Below, piece by piece: positions 23,155 to 35,711 of a stretch of 38,318 nt of DNA (its first letter is position 1; every line of letters starts with the position of its first letter). Position numbers and translations under genes: made by a program. The stretch comes from Octopus sinensis (Eukaryota): assembly GCF_006345805.1 (NCBI RefSeq), contig NW_021836808.1, forward strand, positions 1-38,318. Reading direction: 5' to 3'. Under the pieces are notes generated by a model. It was given only the letters and a program-made list of their open reading frames with translations. It searched no databases and had not been told where the DNA came from.

Positions 23155-23357
23155 GACTAATAGGCTGGATGCCATCAGATTGGCTGTGGAAGCATCAAAG
23201 ATTGCCTTAGTGTGGGTGTGGATCTTAGAAAGGGAAATGGCGCCCAGACACAAAGAGGGGTTTGATCAACCCGGTTGCATCACCTGGGTGAAAGTCTGAT
23301 TATTGACAGACTCGAAATACACAATGACCCCAGAAAAGATTTCCGAAAATATTATCC
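23155..23357 (+). mobile_element. 3' end of a HERO-like (RLE) LINE
   Basis: DAIRLAVEASKIALVWVWI fits the AI....EA...A..W.WI terminal motif; the UTR tgatcaacccggttgcatcacctgggtgaaagtctgat..gactcgaaatacacaatgaccccag resembles the fish HERO 3' UTR as I recall it. Confidence 0.55.
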
Positions 23358-23640
23358 AGAAGCTTTACCGGATGACGTAAAGAAAAACTGAGTTATCAAA
23401 TTTCTTGTCCTATAACTGCGATCAAATCACGAAGACTGTTTTACTGAGTCTCACTAAAAATGTGTCAGTTACAGCTTGCAGATGGTGCAAGGAAGAGAAT
23501 GACATCTTAAGAAATAAATTAGAAGTGAGTTCAACTGGTTTTGTTTGTTTTTAAATGGTTCAAATTGCTCCTTCACGTTGGAATCGCTTTGGTTTCAATG
23601 CATATTCGCAGATCAAATCACCTGGTAAAGAAGGGTAAAG

Positions 23641-23970
23641 ACTCCTTTCAGTCACAAATGATCGTGGGATTACACATAGAAAGTTCCCTTCCAAGGCACA
23701 AGTCTGGGGCAAGGTTGTTTATGGAAGACCAGCAGTCGCCCGTGCATACAGTCCTGCTTCTCCACGTCACCGATGTTAACTACGGAGAAGGTAAAGACCG
23801 ATACAGTTTGACACAAGTGACGTTGCAACTCATTTCTACAGCTGAGTGAATTGGAGCAACGTGAAATAGTGTCTTGCTCAAGAACAGAAGACGCAGATCG
23901 GTCCGGGAATCGAACTCACTAGCTCATGATTGTAAGCCCGATGCTGTAACCACTGAGCCATGCCAATCAC
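23641..23970 (-). mobile_element. SINE family E
   Basis: Homologous along its whole length to 16375-16712. Confidence 0.88.
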
Positions 23971-24827
23971 AACTAAATGTAGGAAAATGGAAAGAGTAGA
24001 TGAAACGATGATATATGTATTCATTTTTAATAAAATTCTCAAACAACAAAATACAACAGCGAACAGCATATACTCGTTCGAATCTGCCGGAATGTATTAA
24101 GAATATGTACACCATTGGTTTGATACTCACTGCTCACCGTACACATTGTACTTGTTTCAGCCGTATCCTGATAATCTTTCTTAGTGTTTATTAATAACTA
24201 CCTTATCCGATGTATTAATCTACATTTTAAAGATTTTAAAGTATGATATCAAGGAGATTTGGCTGCTATATCTAGTAGGTCGAATAACCTTCGATAAGTT
24301 CATTGAACTTTCAAATCTAAGTTCATTTAACCATGGTCATCTTATCTTTTGCAGAGTTAAGTAAGAATACATGGACCTGTGTGCTCATTATTTTCCCTAT
24401 GGGATAAAGCCCAATTTGAAGCAGATTTGGCTGCTATTATTCGCAAGTCGCATAACCGTATACTAGATCCCTTGTTGGCTAAGAGAGTAGTTGTTATGCT
24501 GTTGTTATTTTCGTTGAATGTTCTGGCTGTCGTTATTCATGTCGTCTTTATTGTTTTCATATTATTTTTGAACAGCTTCCTGTAAAATCGAATGTCTCTC
24601 TTTCTCTCTTCTCTCTCTCTCTCTCACTCTCTCTCTCTCTCACACACACACACGTTGACAAACAAGTATGCGCAATACCAGAATCAAAAGTACTGTCGGT
24701 TTGTCTATCTTTCTATCCATCTAACTTTTCTTTCAATTTATCAATCTCTTTCTCCCACCCACTCTTTCTGTGAATACACATATATATATATAAAATTTGC
24801 CAATATATGTTCCCATCTATCAGTCGG

Positions 24828-24829
<2 letters not shown>

Positions 24830-24922
<93 letters not shown>

Positions 24923-24995
24923 CTCTTTCTCCCACTACCTATGTATGCCTATACCTGTCTCTCCCCCTTTCTCTCTCTTTCCCTCTATCTATCTG

Positions 24996-25034
<39 letters not shown>

Positions 25035-25070
25035 CACTCTCTCTCTCTCTCACTCTCTCTCTCTCTCTCA

Positions 25071-25104
<34 letters not shown>

Positions 25105-25121
25105 GTGTGTGTGTGTTTGTT

Positions 25122-25152
<31 letters not shown>

Positions 25153-25197
25153 GTGTATGTATTTCTTTTTCGGATATGCGAACTGCAGACAAGACGC

Positions 25198-25232
<35 letters not shown>

Positions 25233-25340
25233 CACACAAAAACACACACACACACACATGCACACACACGCACACACACACACATACACACACACAAACA
25301 CACACATGCACACACACACACACACGCACAAACACACAAG
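24830..25340. repeat. Compound (TCTA)n/(CT)n/(TA)n/(TG)n/(CA)n microsatellite
   Basis: Directly visible; source of the 190-252 aa ORFs at 24592-25547. Confidence 0.95.
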
Positions 25341-25706
25341 GAAAAGCTAATGCTCGCCACAGTGATTAATTGTCAAACGGTCAGTGTAAAGGGAATGACA
25401 AACAACAAAAAAAGGTATAGAGCAAAACGAGTGACTCTGTCACCATCGCCACCTTATCGCCAATGTCCCCCCCCACTCAGCCCCCATCCATTCGTATGTA
25501 GTACAGTCCTATGCTGTATGTGTGTGTCTGTGTGCGTCTGTCGGTAATGCTGGGATAAGATGAACGGGCTGAAGGTTTCCCCGAGATGAGATTTACAACA
25601 GCCCGTTGTTTCAGGTCGTAAATAAAGTTGAAGGCACGGGTGGCTTTCACTTAAGATGACTTGTCGAGGTGGCTTGGACGATATATATATACATATACAT
25701 ACATAT

Positions 25707-25767
<61 letters not shown>

Positions 25768-26068
25768 TATATATATACATATATATATATACATATATCT
25801 CTATATATATCTCTCTATATATATATACGTATGTATGTATGCATGTATGTGATAGTATATATATATGTAAATGCATATGTAAATATACATACATAAGTGT
25901 TTATGTTTGACCACGTTGTGTGTATATACATATATATGTGTGTGTGTGTGTGTGTGTGTTGGTGTGTAAATATATAAATATATATGTATTCAAATATACA
26001 ACCATAGTTATATACCTAGATTTATATGTATACATGTGCTAGTGTGTGTGTGCGTACGTGTGTGTATA

Positions 26069-26120
<52 letters not shown>

Positions 26121-26400
26121 CATGTATATGCATATATATATGTTTATGTATAAACATGTTAGTGTCATTTGCTTAATGATATAGATAAGTATGTATATAT
26201 ATTTACACCCATAAATATACATATACACATACACACATGCACACAAACATGCACACACGCACATATATATATCTATCACGCGACGAGGAATTTCGAATAA
26301 GATAAAGAAACTTGAATAAGTTTCCATGGTTCCAGACTGGCTTCGTCATCCGACTTTTACTTCCTGGAAGAAATTATTTAATTCCACTTCTCTTAGGTCA

Positions 26401-26444
<44 letters not shown>

Positions 26445-26474
26445 TCTTCTTCTTCTTTCTTTCTCTTTCTTTCT

Positions 26475-26591
<117 letters not shown>

Positions 26592-26799
26592 GGAGAGTTT
26601 ACGAAAAAAGCAAAAGACGAAGACAGGTGGTGAACAAAACAAATAGATGTATTAGTATAACGCTCAGGAATAGAAAAAGTCTTTTACGTTTCGAGCCTAC
26701 GCTCTTCTACAGAAAGGGACACAGAAAAAACTAGGAGAGAAACAAGCAGAGAAAAAAGGAGAGAAAAAATGTGTGTAGTGGCTAACGATCTATCATGGC

Positions 26800-26800
<1 letters not shown>
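26592..26800 (-). mobile_element. Short Penelope-like/retrozyme-like non-autonomous element inside (GATA)n
   Basis: About 210 bp between two (TAGA)n tracts (26538-26590 and 26800-26880); contains a hammerhead motif. Confidence 0.65.
26681..26716 (-). ncRNA. Minimal type I hammerhead ribozyme motif (variant core CUGUAGA)
   Basis: Minus strand: CUUU-CUGUAGA-A-GAGC(GUAG)GCUC-GAAA-CG-UA-AAAG. Stem I 4 bp, stem II 4 bp, palindromic ACGU in place of stem III. Confidence 0.7.
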
Positions 26801-26880
<80 letters not shown>

Positions 26881-27231
26881 TAGGCCGATACATATATGTA
26901 AATACACACACGCACTCATGTATATTTAAAGAAACAGTGGAAAATTAAGATAAACAATAACTTAAATTATTGGTTCCTTCGTACGTTTTCCCATTGCATT
27001 TGTTTTGGACTCTGCATTGAATATTCCAACATTTTTCTACTTTGATTTCTCCTTACCCTTTTTCCTGCCCAACACATTTTCATAAGTTTGTCCTAAACGT
27101 CCATACTTGCTTCGAGACTTTTAGCTACCTTTTATTCCTTATGTTATCAGTAATATACAGCTTTTAGTTCATAAGTCCAAACTTCCACTGTTGGGCGAAA
27201 AAATTGGTAATGTGTAACATATATGATCCAT

Positions 27232-27447
27232 GAATGTAGTAGGTTGACGTTCAGTTAAAGACAAGAAAAAGAGGGCGAGGCTGACGTTTCGAACATGGCT
27301 CTTCATCAGAAAGAGGAAAGGGGAAATGTCCACAGAGAGGGGAAAATAATCCAAGAAAAGCAATTGTGAGGTTACATGGCTGAAGTGACCGGAAATGGAG
27401 ACAGATAGAGAAAGTTGTTTTTGAAGTCAGCGAGTGCGAACATGGCG
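27232..27447 (-). mobile_element. Hammerhead-bearing short element (second family), copy 1
   Basis: Reverse-complement homologue of 29878-30100; core CUGAUGA-A-GAGC(CAU)GUUC-GAAA-CG-UC at 27309-27283. Confidence 0.7.
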
Positions 27448-27678
27448 TGTGTGTGTGTATTTGTGTAATGTGTGTGTGTATGTTAGCATTATTGTTCTCA
27501 GTCAAAACTGCACAGAGTTCTATGGTGTTTATCTATTGACAGCAAGTCACAGCATGTATAGCTCAGAATTGGGCCCCTTAGACTCATGGGACCCTGGGGC
27601 AACTGTAGACTATGACCGAGTCGTTTTAAGACGGTGCGATGTATGGACACCAAGGAAATATGTCCTGTGTATTACATA

Positions 27679-27990
27679 ACTGGCACTCCGTCGGTTACGA
27701 CGACGAGGGTTCCAGTTGATCCGATCAACGGAATCAACCTGCTCATGGAATTAACGTGCAGGTGGTTGAGTACTCCACTGACACGCGTGCCCTGCGAGTA
27801 GTTCTCAGGGAGATTCAGCGTGACGAGGCTGTCTATTTGAATTACAGGTACCACTCATTTATGCCAGTTGGGTGGACCGGAGAAACGTGAAACAAAGCGT
27901 CAGGCTCAAAGACACAACACTGCCGGAAATCGAACTCACAGCCTTACGATCCTGAGCGGAATACCCTAACCAGGTAACCACGTACCTTCC
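27679..27990 (-). mobile_element. SINE family D (E-like head and central domain, C-type tail)
   Basis: Tail actggcactccgtcggttacgacgacgagggttccagttgatccgatcaacg is shared with 35712-36070; the central ggaccggagaaacgtgaaacaaag..caaagacacaac is shared with family E. Confidence 0.8.
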
Positions 27991-28185
27991 CTATATATCA
28001 CATGCGATACGTAACTGGCAAATTATGCCACTCATTCATTCATTCATTCTTTCATTTTCATTCTTCTGTCTTTCACTTTACTTTCATCGTGACATTTACT
28101 TATATATTTTTTTATAGTGTCCAATGGTCATGTGCTGAGAAAGATCTTTATGCTACCACGCTGTTTCAGGCTCAATGATATTACA

Positions 28186-28337
28186 CAGAGTTCAAATTCC
28201 GCCGAGGTCGACTTTGCCTTTCATCCTTTCGTACGTGTTACGCACTGGGGTCTATATAATCGACTGAATCCGTTTGTCTGTCCTTGATTGTCCTCTCTGT
28301 ATTTAGCCCCTTGTCGGTAGTAAAAGAAATAGGTATT
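28186..28337 (+). mobile_element. SINE family A, 5'-truncated and internally deleted
   Basis: gagttcaaattccgccgaggtcgactttgcctttcatcctttcg..tagccccttgtcggtagtaaaagaaataggtatt. Confidence 0.85.
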
Positions 28338-28799
28338 GCACGGAAAATTAGGTGAATATCTTCTATATATCTCCGGAATGTCCAATGTCTTGTGAATGAA
28401 TGTGGCAGACAGAAATTGAGTGAAGGTCCGTTGCAAAGGTACATACACGCACGCAGGAACGCACGCACGCACGCACAGACAGACGCACAACCCACCCACA
28501 CCAACGCGCACACTCACACATTAAACAAGATTGCGGTAAAATCCTTATAGAATGCTAAAGAAAGCACGTCTGCAGTGATTGGCCATCTGATGTCATCATC
28601 CAGTGGAAACGTTCCTGTTACTGGATGCACAAATCTAATAGAAAATGGAATTAACGATAAATGAATGTCGTTCATTCTATTTTCAAGTAGTGATCTATAC
28701 ACACACACACGAATATGAATGTATGTATATATTCATATATATATGTGTGTGCGTATCTTCATTTTGTCTCCCACACCACCACTTGAGAACCATTTCCTT

Positions 28800-28910
28800 A
28801 CACGAACAGGTAGAATAAATAATACCAGACTTTAAAAAATTAAACCCTTTCAATGCAGTGTCCCAACATGGCCGCTGTTCAATGACTGAAAAAAGTAAAC
28901 GATAATAAAG
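28800..28910 (+). mobile_element. SINE family B 3' tail fragment, degraded
   Basis: tagaataaataataccagactt..gcagtgtcccaacatggccgctgttcaatgactgaaaaaagtaaa. Confidence 0.6.
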
Positions 28911-29498
28911 AAATGAATCTCTATTCTTCACTTTCGTTATCGCAATGTTATTTTTCCTTCTGTTTTCCTTCTGTTTTCTCCTTTTCGCTGACTTTTTCTC
29001 CTTGTATATCACTCCAGTACACAGTTGCTGTCTCTCTCTTATTCTGTCTGACGATCTCTCTCAGTCATTCACCCTCTTTATCACACTTTCACTCTTTCTC
29101 ACTCTTCAGCTATTTTTATAATCTCTCTCACTAACTTTCCTTCTCTTTCTTTTTCTCATGTGACTCCGTAACACTGTCTCTCTGTCTCTCTTTTTCTCTC
29201 TAACCCTCTTTCCCAATCACTCAGTCTATTTATCTCACTTCCATTCTTTCTTTCGCTTCCACTAATTCTATAATCTCTCTCACTATCTTTCGTTCTATCC
29301 AAATATTGTCTCTCTCCCTCTTCGTCTCTCTCTCTCTCTTTCTCACTTTCTTTTTCCCCCTCGTTTTTCTGATAACACTAGAGATTATCTGAAATAAGGT
29401 ACTTCACAAAAGACAGATCATAAATCTGTTTAATCCAACCGACCTCATTACTGAAACGGCTATCAAGCATTTCATTTCCGGTTGAAGTTCCTAATCTC

Positions 29499-29548
<50 letters not shown>

Positions 29549-29877
29549 ATACATACGCGCGCGCAAAATACACACGACACACAATGCATACAACTATACA
29601 CATATTGTGCGCACGCACACACCTACGCACAATCAATAACACACCCTACTCATAAAACATACATCGACACTCATCAGCCCTCATTCTTTTAGTTCATCCC
29701 CACCTCTCTCATCCTCCCTTAAATCATAATACGACCTTAATTCTTTATATATTCGTAATTAACACCAACATTTCTCTCTCACTTTCTTTCTCTCAATTCA
29801 TATAGATATACGCACTAACACACACATACACACACACACACGCATGCACACACACACATACACAAATACACACACAC

Positions 29878-30100
29878 TCGCCACGTTCGCACTCTGCTGA
29901 TTCAAAAACAACTTTCTCTATCTCTCTCCATTTCCGGTCACTTTAGCCACGTAACCTCATGTTTGCTTTCCTTGGACTATTTCTACCCTCTCTGTGGACA
30001 TTTCCCCCTTTCCTCTTTCTGATGAAGAGCCATGTTCGAAACGTCAACCTCGCTCTCTGTTTTCTTCTCTTTTAACTGAACGTCAACCTAATACATTCAC
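29878..30100 (+). mobile_element. Hammerhead-bearing short element (second family), copy 2
   Basis: Core ctgatga-a-gagc(cat)gttc-gaaa-cg-tc at 30019-30045; begins right after a (CA)n tract. Confidence 0.7.
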
Positions 30101-31149
30101 TGTGTACGTCTTTTTGATTTTTGTTTTTATTCTTATTTTTATTTTCGCTTTGCCTATATATATATATATATATATACATATATACTTACATATAAGACTA
30201 AAAGGGTACGGGCATCGCTATCTATATATGTATATGTAACAAAACCAACTGGAACAAGAACGCAATTTGCACTCCACTTTGATCTGTCTCTTTCTCTCCT
30301 CCCTCTCTCTCTCTCTCTCTCTCGTTCTCCCTCCTTCTCCTCCTTGTTCCCCCCCCCTTTTTTCTCTCTTCATCGTGTCCCTCTTTTCCTCTCTCTTCTC
30401 CTCACACACGTGACTAACTGACCGATTGCCGGCCTTTCGTGGTTAGCAGTCGTCGCGGCAAGACACATTTATTTCTCTCTCCTGCCCTAAGGCATTTTTC
30501 TAATACGCCAGCTCAAAGTTTACTCGTCCTGTCGAAAAGACGGCCTGTCTGTGACGTCCTGTTTTTGTTATTATTATTATCATTATTGTTTTTACGTACG
30601 TTTTTTGGTATTCTTTTCGTGTACATCGTCCGTTTTTCCGTCCTTGTTTGTATACATTCGAGGCTTTCTTCCAGGAATCTAATGCGCTTGGCTTAGATTT
30701 TCCTTTGGGACTGGCCAGATCGGAGCAATCTCAAGATTAATCAGCCGAAATTGCAGGGATGATCCGGTTCTTGACTGAAGATTGAAGGCTTTGAATGACC
30801 CGTCCGTGTTTTTTGTATCGTCTTCTAAATATTTTGCGTTCTTGTCCCAGTTTGTATATGTTTTACATATACATGTATATATATATATAAGTTAATATTT
30901 AAGTGTTGTGTACGTGTTTAGTAGCGCGCCGTTAAAGTGCGTTCACTACCTATGGCTAGTTGACATCACTCACGGTAATTACATATTGTTGCTGCATGTA
31001 CACCAGGAATTCCTCAGTGCATAAAACTAAGGATAAGGCGGAAAATGGTATACGCGGGGAAGTATATAACTAGTTTCCCACCTGCGAGGTCTCGATGGAG
31101 AATGTGTCGAACGATCGTTGCGAGCAATATTGTTCCCTGTGTATTCCAT

Positions 31150-31241
31150 TTTCAGCCTCTATCATTTGTTATATATATGTATATATATATAAATACATAT
31201 ATATATGTATATATATTATATATGTATATATATATATATAT

Positions 31242-31312
<71 letters not shown>

Positions 31313-31345
31313 CTACATATATATATATAGATAGAGAGATAGAGA
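31150..31345. repeat. (TA)n-rich microsatellite
   Basis: Directly visible; similar blocks at 31830-32390, 33020-33335, 34720-35060 and 35430-35700. Confidence 0.9.
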
Positions 31346-31894
31346 GATTTATTACATGGTTAGAAAATTCATGTCAATCACTTTCGACAATGAGTTATTA
31401 ATTGTTCAAACAAGTGAACTGCTGCACTTATTGAATTGACGGATAACTGGTCGAGTATTCCGCGAACACGTGTGCTCATAGCATAATTCTTAGATCACTT
31501 TACACTAAAACAGTGTTTGACACGACTGTACCTTTGAAATGTTGGTGAAATCTATTCAAATGGTTTTTTTCTGTTTCCCTGTACACAGTTTCATTCACAA
31601 TGCTGGAGTGGACTGGAAACTATTGTTAAGTAAAGACTTATCCAATATACTCTAAACTTATAATGATCGCCGGATTTTCTGCTTGCGCAGCGAATTTCTT
31701 CACCACTGGGCAAAATAAATTGAAGGACCAATACATTATTCAAGGCCCAATGAAGTAGCTGGAGATATGAGGAACAGAATGTTCCCTATGGAAGCTGTAT
31801 ATAAAGGAAAAAACCGTCAATAATGCAATTCAGTATGATGTATATATTTATATATGAGGTATGTATGCATGTATATATGTGCACATATATATAT

Positions 31895-31933
<39 letters not shown>

Positions 31934-32223
31934 TATATATACCTATATATATATGTATATGTATATGTATATACATATATATGTATATATAGGTAAGTAT
32001 GCATGCATGTACGTATGTATACATACATGCCATACCTACCTGCATGCATACATTTATTTAAGCGGGGATTGTTATTTACACACATATACATACTTATGTG
32101 CGTGGCGTGTGTTGTGTGTAGATAGGGTGCGTGTATGAGTATATGTCTGTGTAAGATATATATATACATGCATATATTATATATATACATATATTAATGT
32201 ATATGGATATAAATATATGTGTG

Positions 32224-32264
<41 letters not shown>

Positions 32265-32272
32265 TATATACA

Positions 32273-32311
<39 letters not shown>

Positions 32312-32845
32312 CCTATCTATATATTATATATATATATATATATAGCATATATAATATATATATATATATATATTATATTTATGCAGCCTTTTTTTCCCCA
32401 CTTCTCTTATAATGTCCATGTAAATATGCCGCTAAAGATTATCATAAATAACCCACTTGACAAAAGACACATCATAAATCTACTTAATCCGACCCTATTA
32501 CTGAATCTAACGTCAATGTGTTCAACTTCTGCTTAATCACTCGAATCACTCACTCTCACTCACTCTTACTCATTGCTTTATACTCTCTTCTCCTCTATAG
32601 CTCTCCCTCCTTCTCTGTCTGCTCTCCTCTCTCACTGCCTCTCCTCACTCACTACGTTTTTTTCTTTTTATTTCTACCAAATCAGCCATTATAATCACCT
32701 TTTATAATTGTTCTTTTCCCAGGTCTTCTAGTCTTCTATCTCACATTATATTTCCATTCGTATAATTTTTTTTTTATTTCACCATTCCTCTCCTATTTTC
32801 ACTCTCTGTCATCTTCTTCCTTTCTGTCCCATACTCTCTCATCAC

Positions 32846-32887
<42 letters not shown>

Positions 32888-34719
32888 CATTCCCCCGTTT
32901 ATCTTTCCCGTGTTTTCTGTTCCTCCTGTAGTATTTATGTACAAGGATCCTCTCTGTTGTGCATTTTTTCAAATTTTCTCTTTTTGTTATATATTCTATG
33001 CTTCTGTAGGTTTATATCTGGCTGACATATATGTGTGTATGTATGTTATGTAGTATATCCACATATGTATACATATCCATACCATTATCATATATGTGTG
33101 TGTGTATAATATATATCTATATATGTATGTGTGCATATATATATATAATATATATATCGATGTAGGTATATATATATATATATATAATACAATTCTTATA
33201 GTACTATATATATATATTATTTTACATACATACATATATACATATATAATATACCTATGTGTATGGCATATATATATATATGCACATACACACATATACG
33301 CGTTATTTGATACATAGATACATACATATATATTATGAGATGCGGGAGAGCTTCTACATGGTCGCATTTCCTGCTAGAAATAAGACCCAATTGTTCTTCC
33401 CATCCCATATCTTATTGTCTTACAAGAAAAAGGAGTCATAATATTAATGTTTTATATAATGCACAACTAAATACACCCTGTCACCTCCTCTTATCCGAAA
33501 TTCAACTGAATGGTCACGGCTTAAACGCCTTTGATCATAGGACTGCTCGGTCAGAGTTGACCTGGAGCTAAGCAACAAAAACATAATGAGCTAGAACCCT
33601 ATCATACACATACTCATACGCAAATATGCACTCTCTCACAAATTCACACGCACACATATATACACGAACACTTAATCCCCACATCATGTATCATAGATGT
33701 TCTGACACACGTAGATGACACTTTTACAGTTTAAGTCCTTCGTAAATCCCAATTTATAGTTTCCGCTCTGCCATACAGGTGTTTTATACACATATACACA
33801 CATACGTATGTGTGTGTGTATGTGTATGTATGTATGTGTGTGCTTGTGTGAGTGCCTGTGTGCGGGTGCGTGTGTGCTTGCGTGTGTATGTATGGGTATA
33901 TATGTGTCTGTGTGTGTGTGTGTGTATGTAAGCATCTACGTGTGTGTCAGCAACTCTGTGTGTGTGTGTGTGTGTGTATGCGTGTGGGTGATATGTTTCG
34001 AACGCATTATTGACGTTAGAATAGCAAAAATAATGGGTAAATTACATTTACAAGGCGGAAAAAAATTATGTATGTATGTAGGTATGTATGTATATATATA
34101 AAAAAATATAGATTCTCATGCCGGCAAGCAGTTGCCCGATCCACTTTGAATTCCAGATCCAATGCAGGGAACGTTCTGGGTGTGGTGTTTACATAAAATA
34201 GATAAATGAATTGAAGTACGTTACACCTGTTTCAGACTTGTTTTTTTTTCTTTTTTTTATTGACGAATACACCGACTACATCATTAACAAAAAACGAAAA
34301 AAACAAACGTCTTCTTCAGATGAAATAAAACTAGAAAATTGAAAATTTGGTTTAAAAAAATATAGATGTTCTACCGATTACATTGGTAGAACCCCAATGT
34401 AATCGGTAGAACTGTACACACATCTAATTTTATGAGGACAACCCTTATATAGTTCTACAAATTATATTGAATTAGAACGATCGCACTGAAGAGTCCATGG
34501 ACGATGTTACGTAAGTAAATCGTTAATGACTTAATCGGTCTACGATTAATTCTTTATTTTGTATATTTTCATCTGTCTTACCTGCATATGTTCTGGTATT
34601 TGCTGAATTTCTCAAAGAACATTCTTTTTCTTTGTGGTTAGATCGTAGGGATTTTCTTCTAGCATGATAGATGTCCTTTAGTGGTCATCTCTCCTTATAA
34701 CACAACATACACACACACA

Positions 34720-34752
<33 letters not shown>

Positions 34753-34789
34753 TATAGTATATATATCTATTATATATATATATACATAC

Positions 34790-34833
<44 letters not shown>

Positions 34834-34960
34834 TGTATGTATTATTTATATATATATATTTACGCACACCCAGATACATGTATGCATATACACACATATA
34901 TTCATATACACATAATATTTATACAGAGACAGAACGCGAGCGGTAAAGATAGATAGATAG

Positions 34961-35009
<49 letters not shown>

Positions 35010-35711
35010 TAGATAGATAGATAGATAGATAGATAGACAGATAGAAACCATGCATATATATATACTTGCATACACAAATAAATATGGAGTTACATGTTCC
35101 ATATCTCATGTCAAATTTGTATATTTTCCTCCTCATAAGAGTACATAATTCCAAATTACTCACTTCATGGGAGGAAATAACTAGGTTGAGGGGTTATCTA
35201 TTTTATTATTTACCTTTAATTTCCTAATGTAAGATATATGAAAAGTCAGACCATACACGTACTTTTCAGGGCTTTTTTCATCTTTTTATAATCGCGATGG
35301 ACGATTTGCATATGTTTCCTTAACCACGTATCTTTCATCACGATTCAGGGACAGCTGTTGCGAGTGCACTGATATATATCTGCTTTCCAGATATGTGACA
35401 CATCTATTTCTGTGTAAAATTAACCGACACACAAATACACATACATACAGGCACATATATATGCGTGTGTATATGTATAAAAAATATATATATATAGGTA
35501 TGTGTATATATATATATGTAAGCATATATGGGTATATATATGAATATGTATATGCGTATATATAAGTATACATATGCATATATATATATATATTTATATA
35601 TATGTGTGTGTATGCATGTATGTATGTATGTATGTGTGTATATATGTATGTACTTTCATACATGAATATGCAAATCTATACGCTTATATATATACGTACA
35701 TCTATGACTTT

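Noticed and set aside
30518-30562. Hammerhead-like string ctgtcgaaaagacggcctgtctgtgacgtc
   Set aside because: Both core halves deviate (no GAAA) and there is no stem I.
31589-31629. Possible 41-nt exon (FIHNAGVDWKLLL) after a good acceptor
   Set aside because: No partner exons found and the peptide is too short to recognise; only RNA-seq could rescue it.
34575-34670. Strong minus-strand donor cag|gtaaga with an upstream open frame
   Set aside because: No pyrimidine-rich acceptor, and the sequence resembles the short tgctagaaatagcagc-type dispersed repeat seen elsewhere (about 365, 12560, 16195, 20000, 22610, 24260, 33370).
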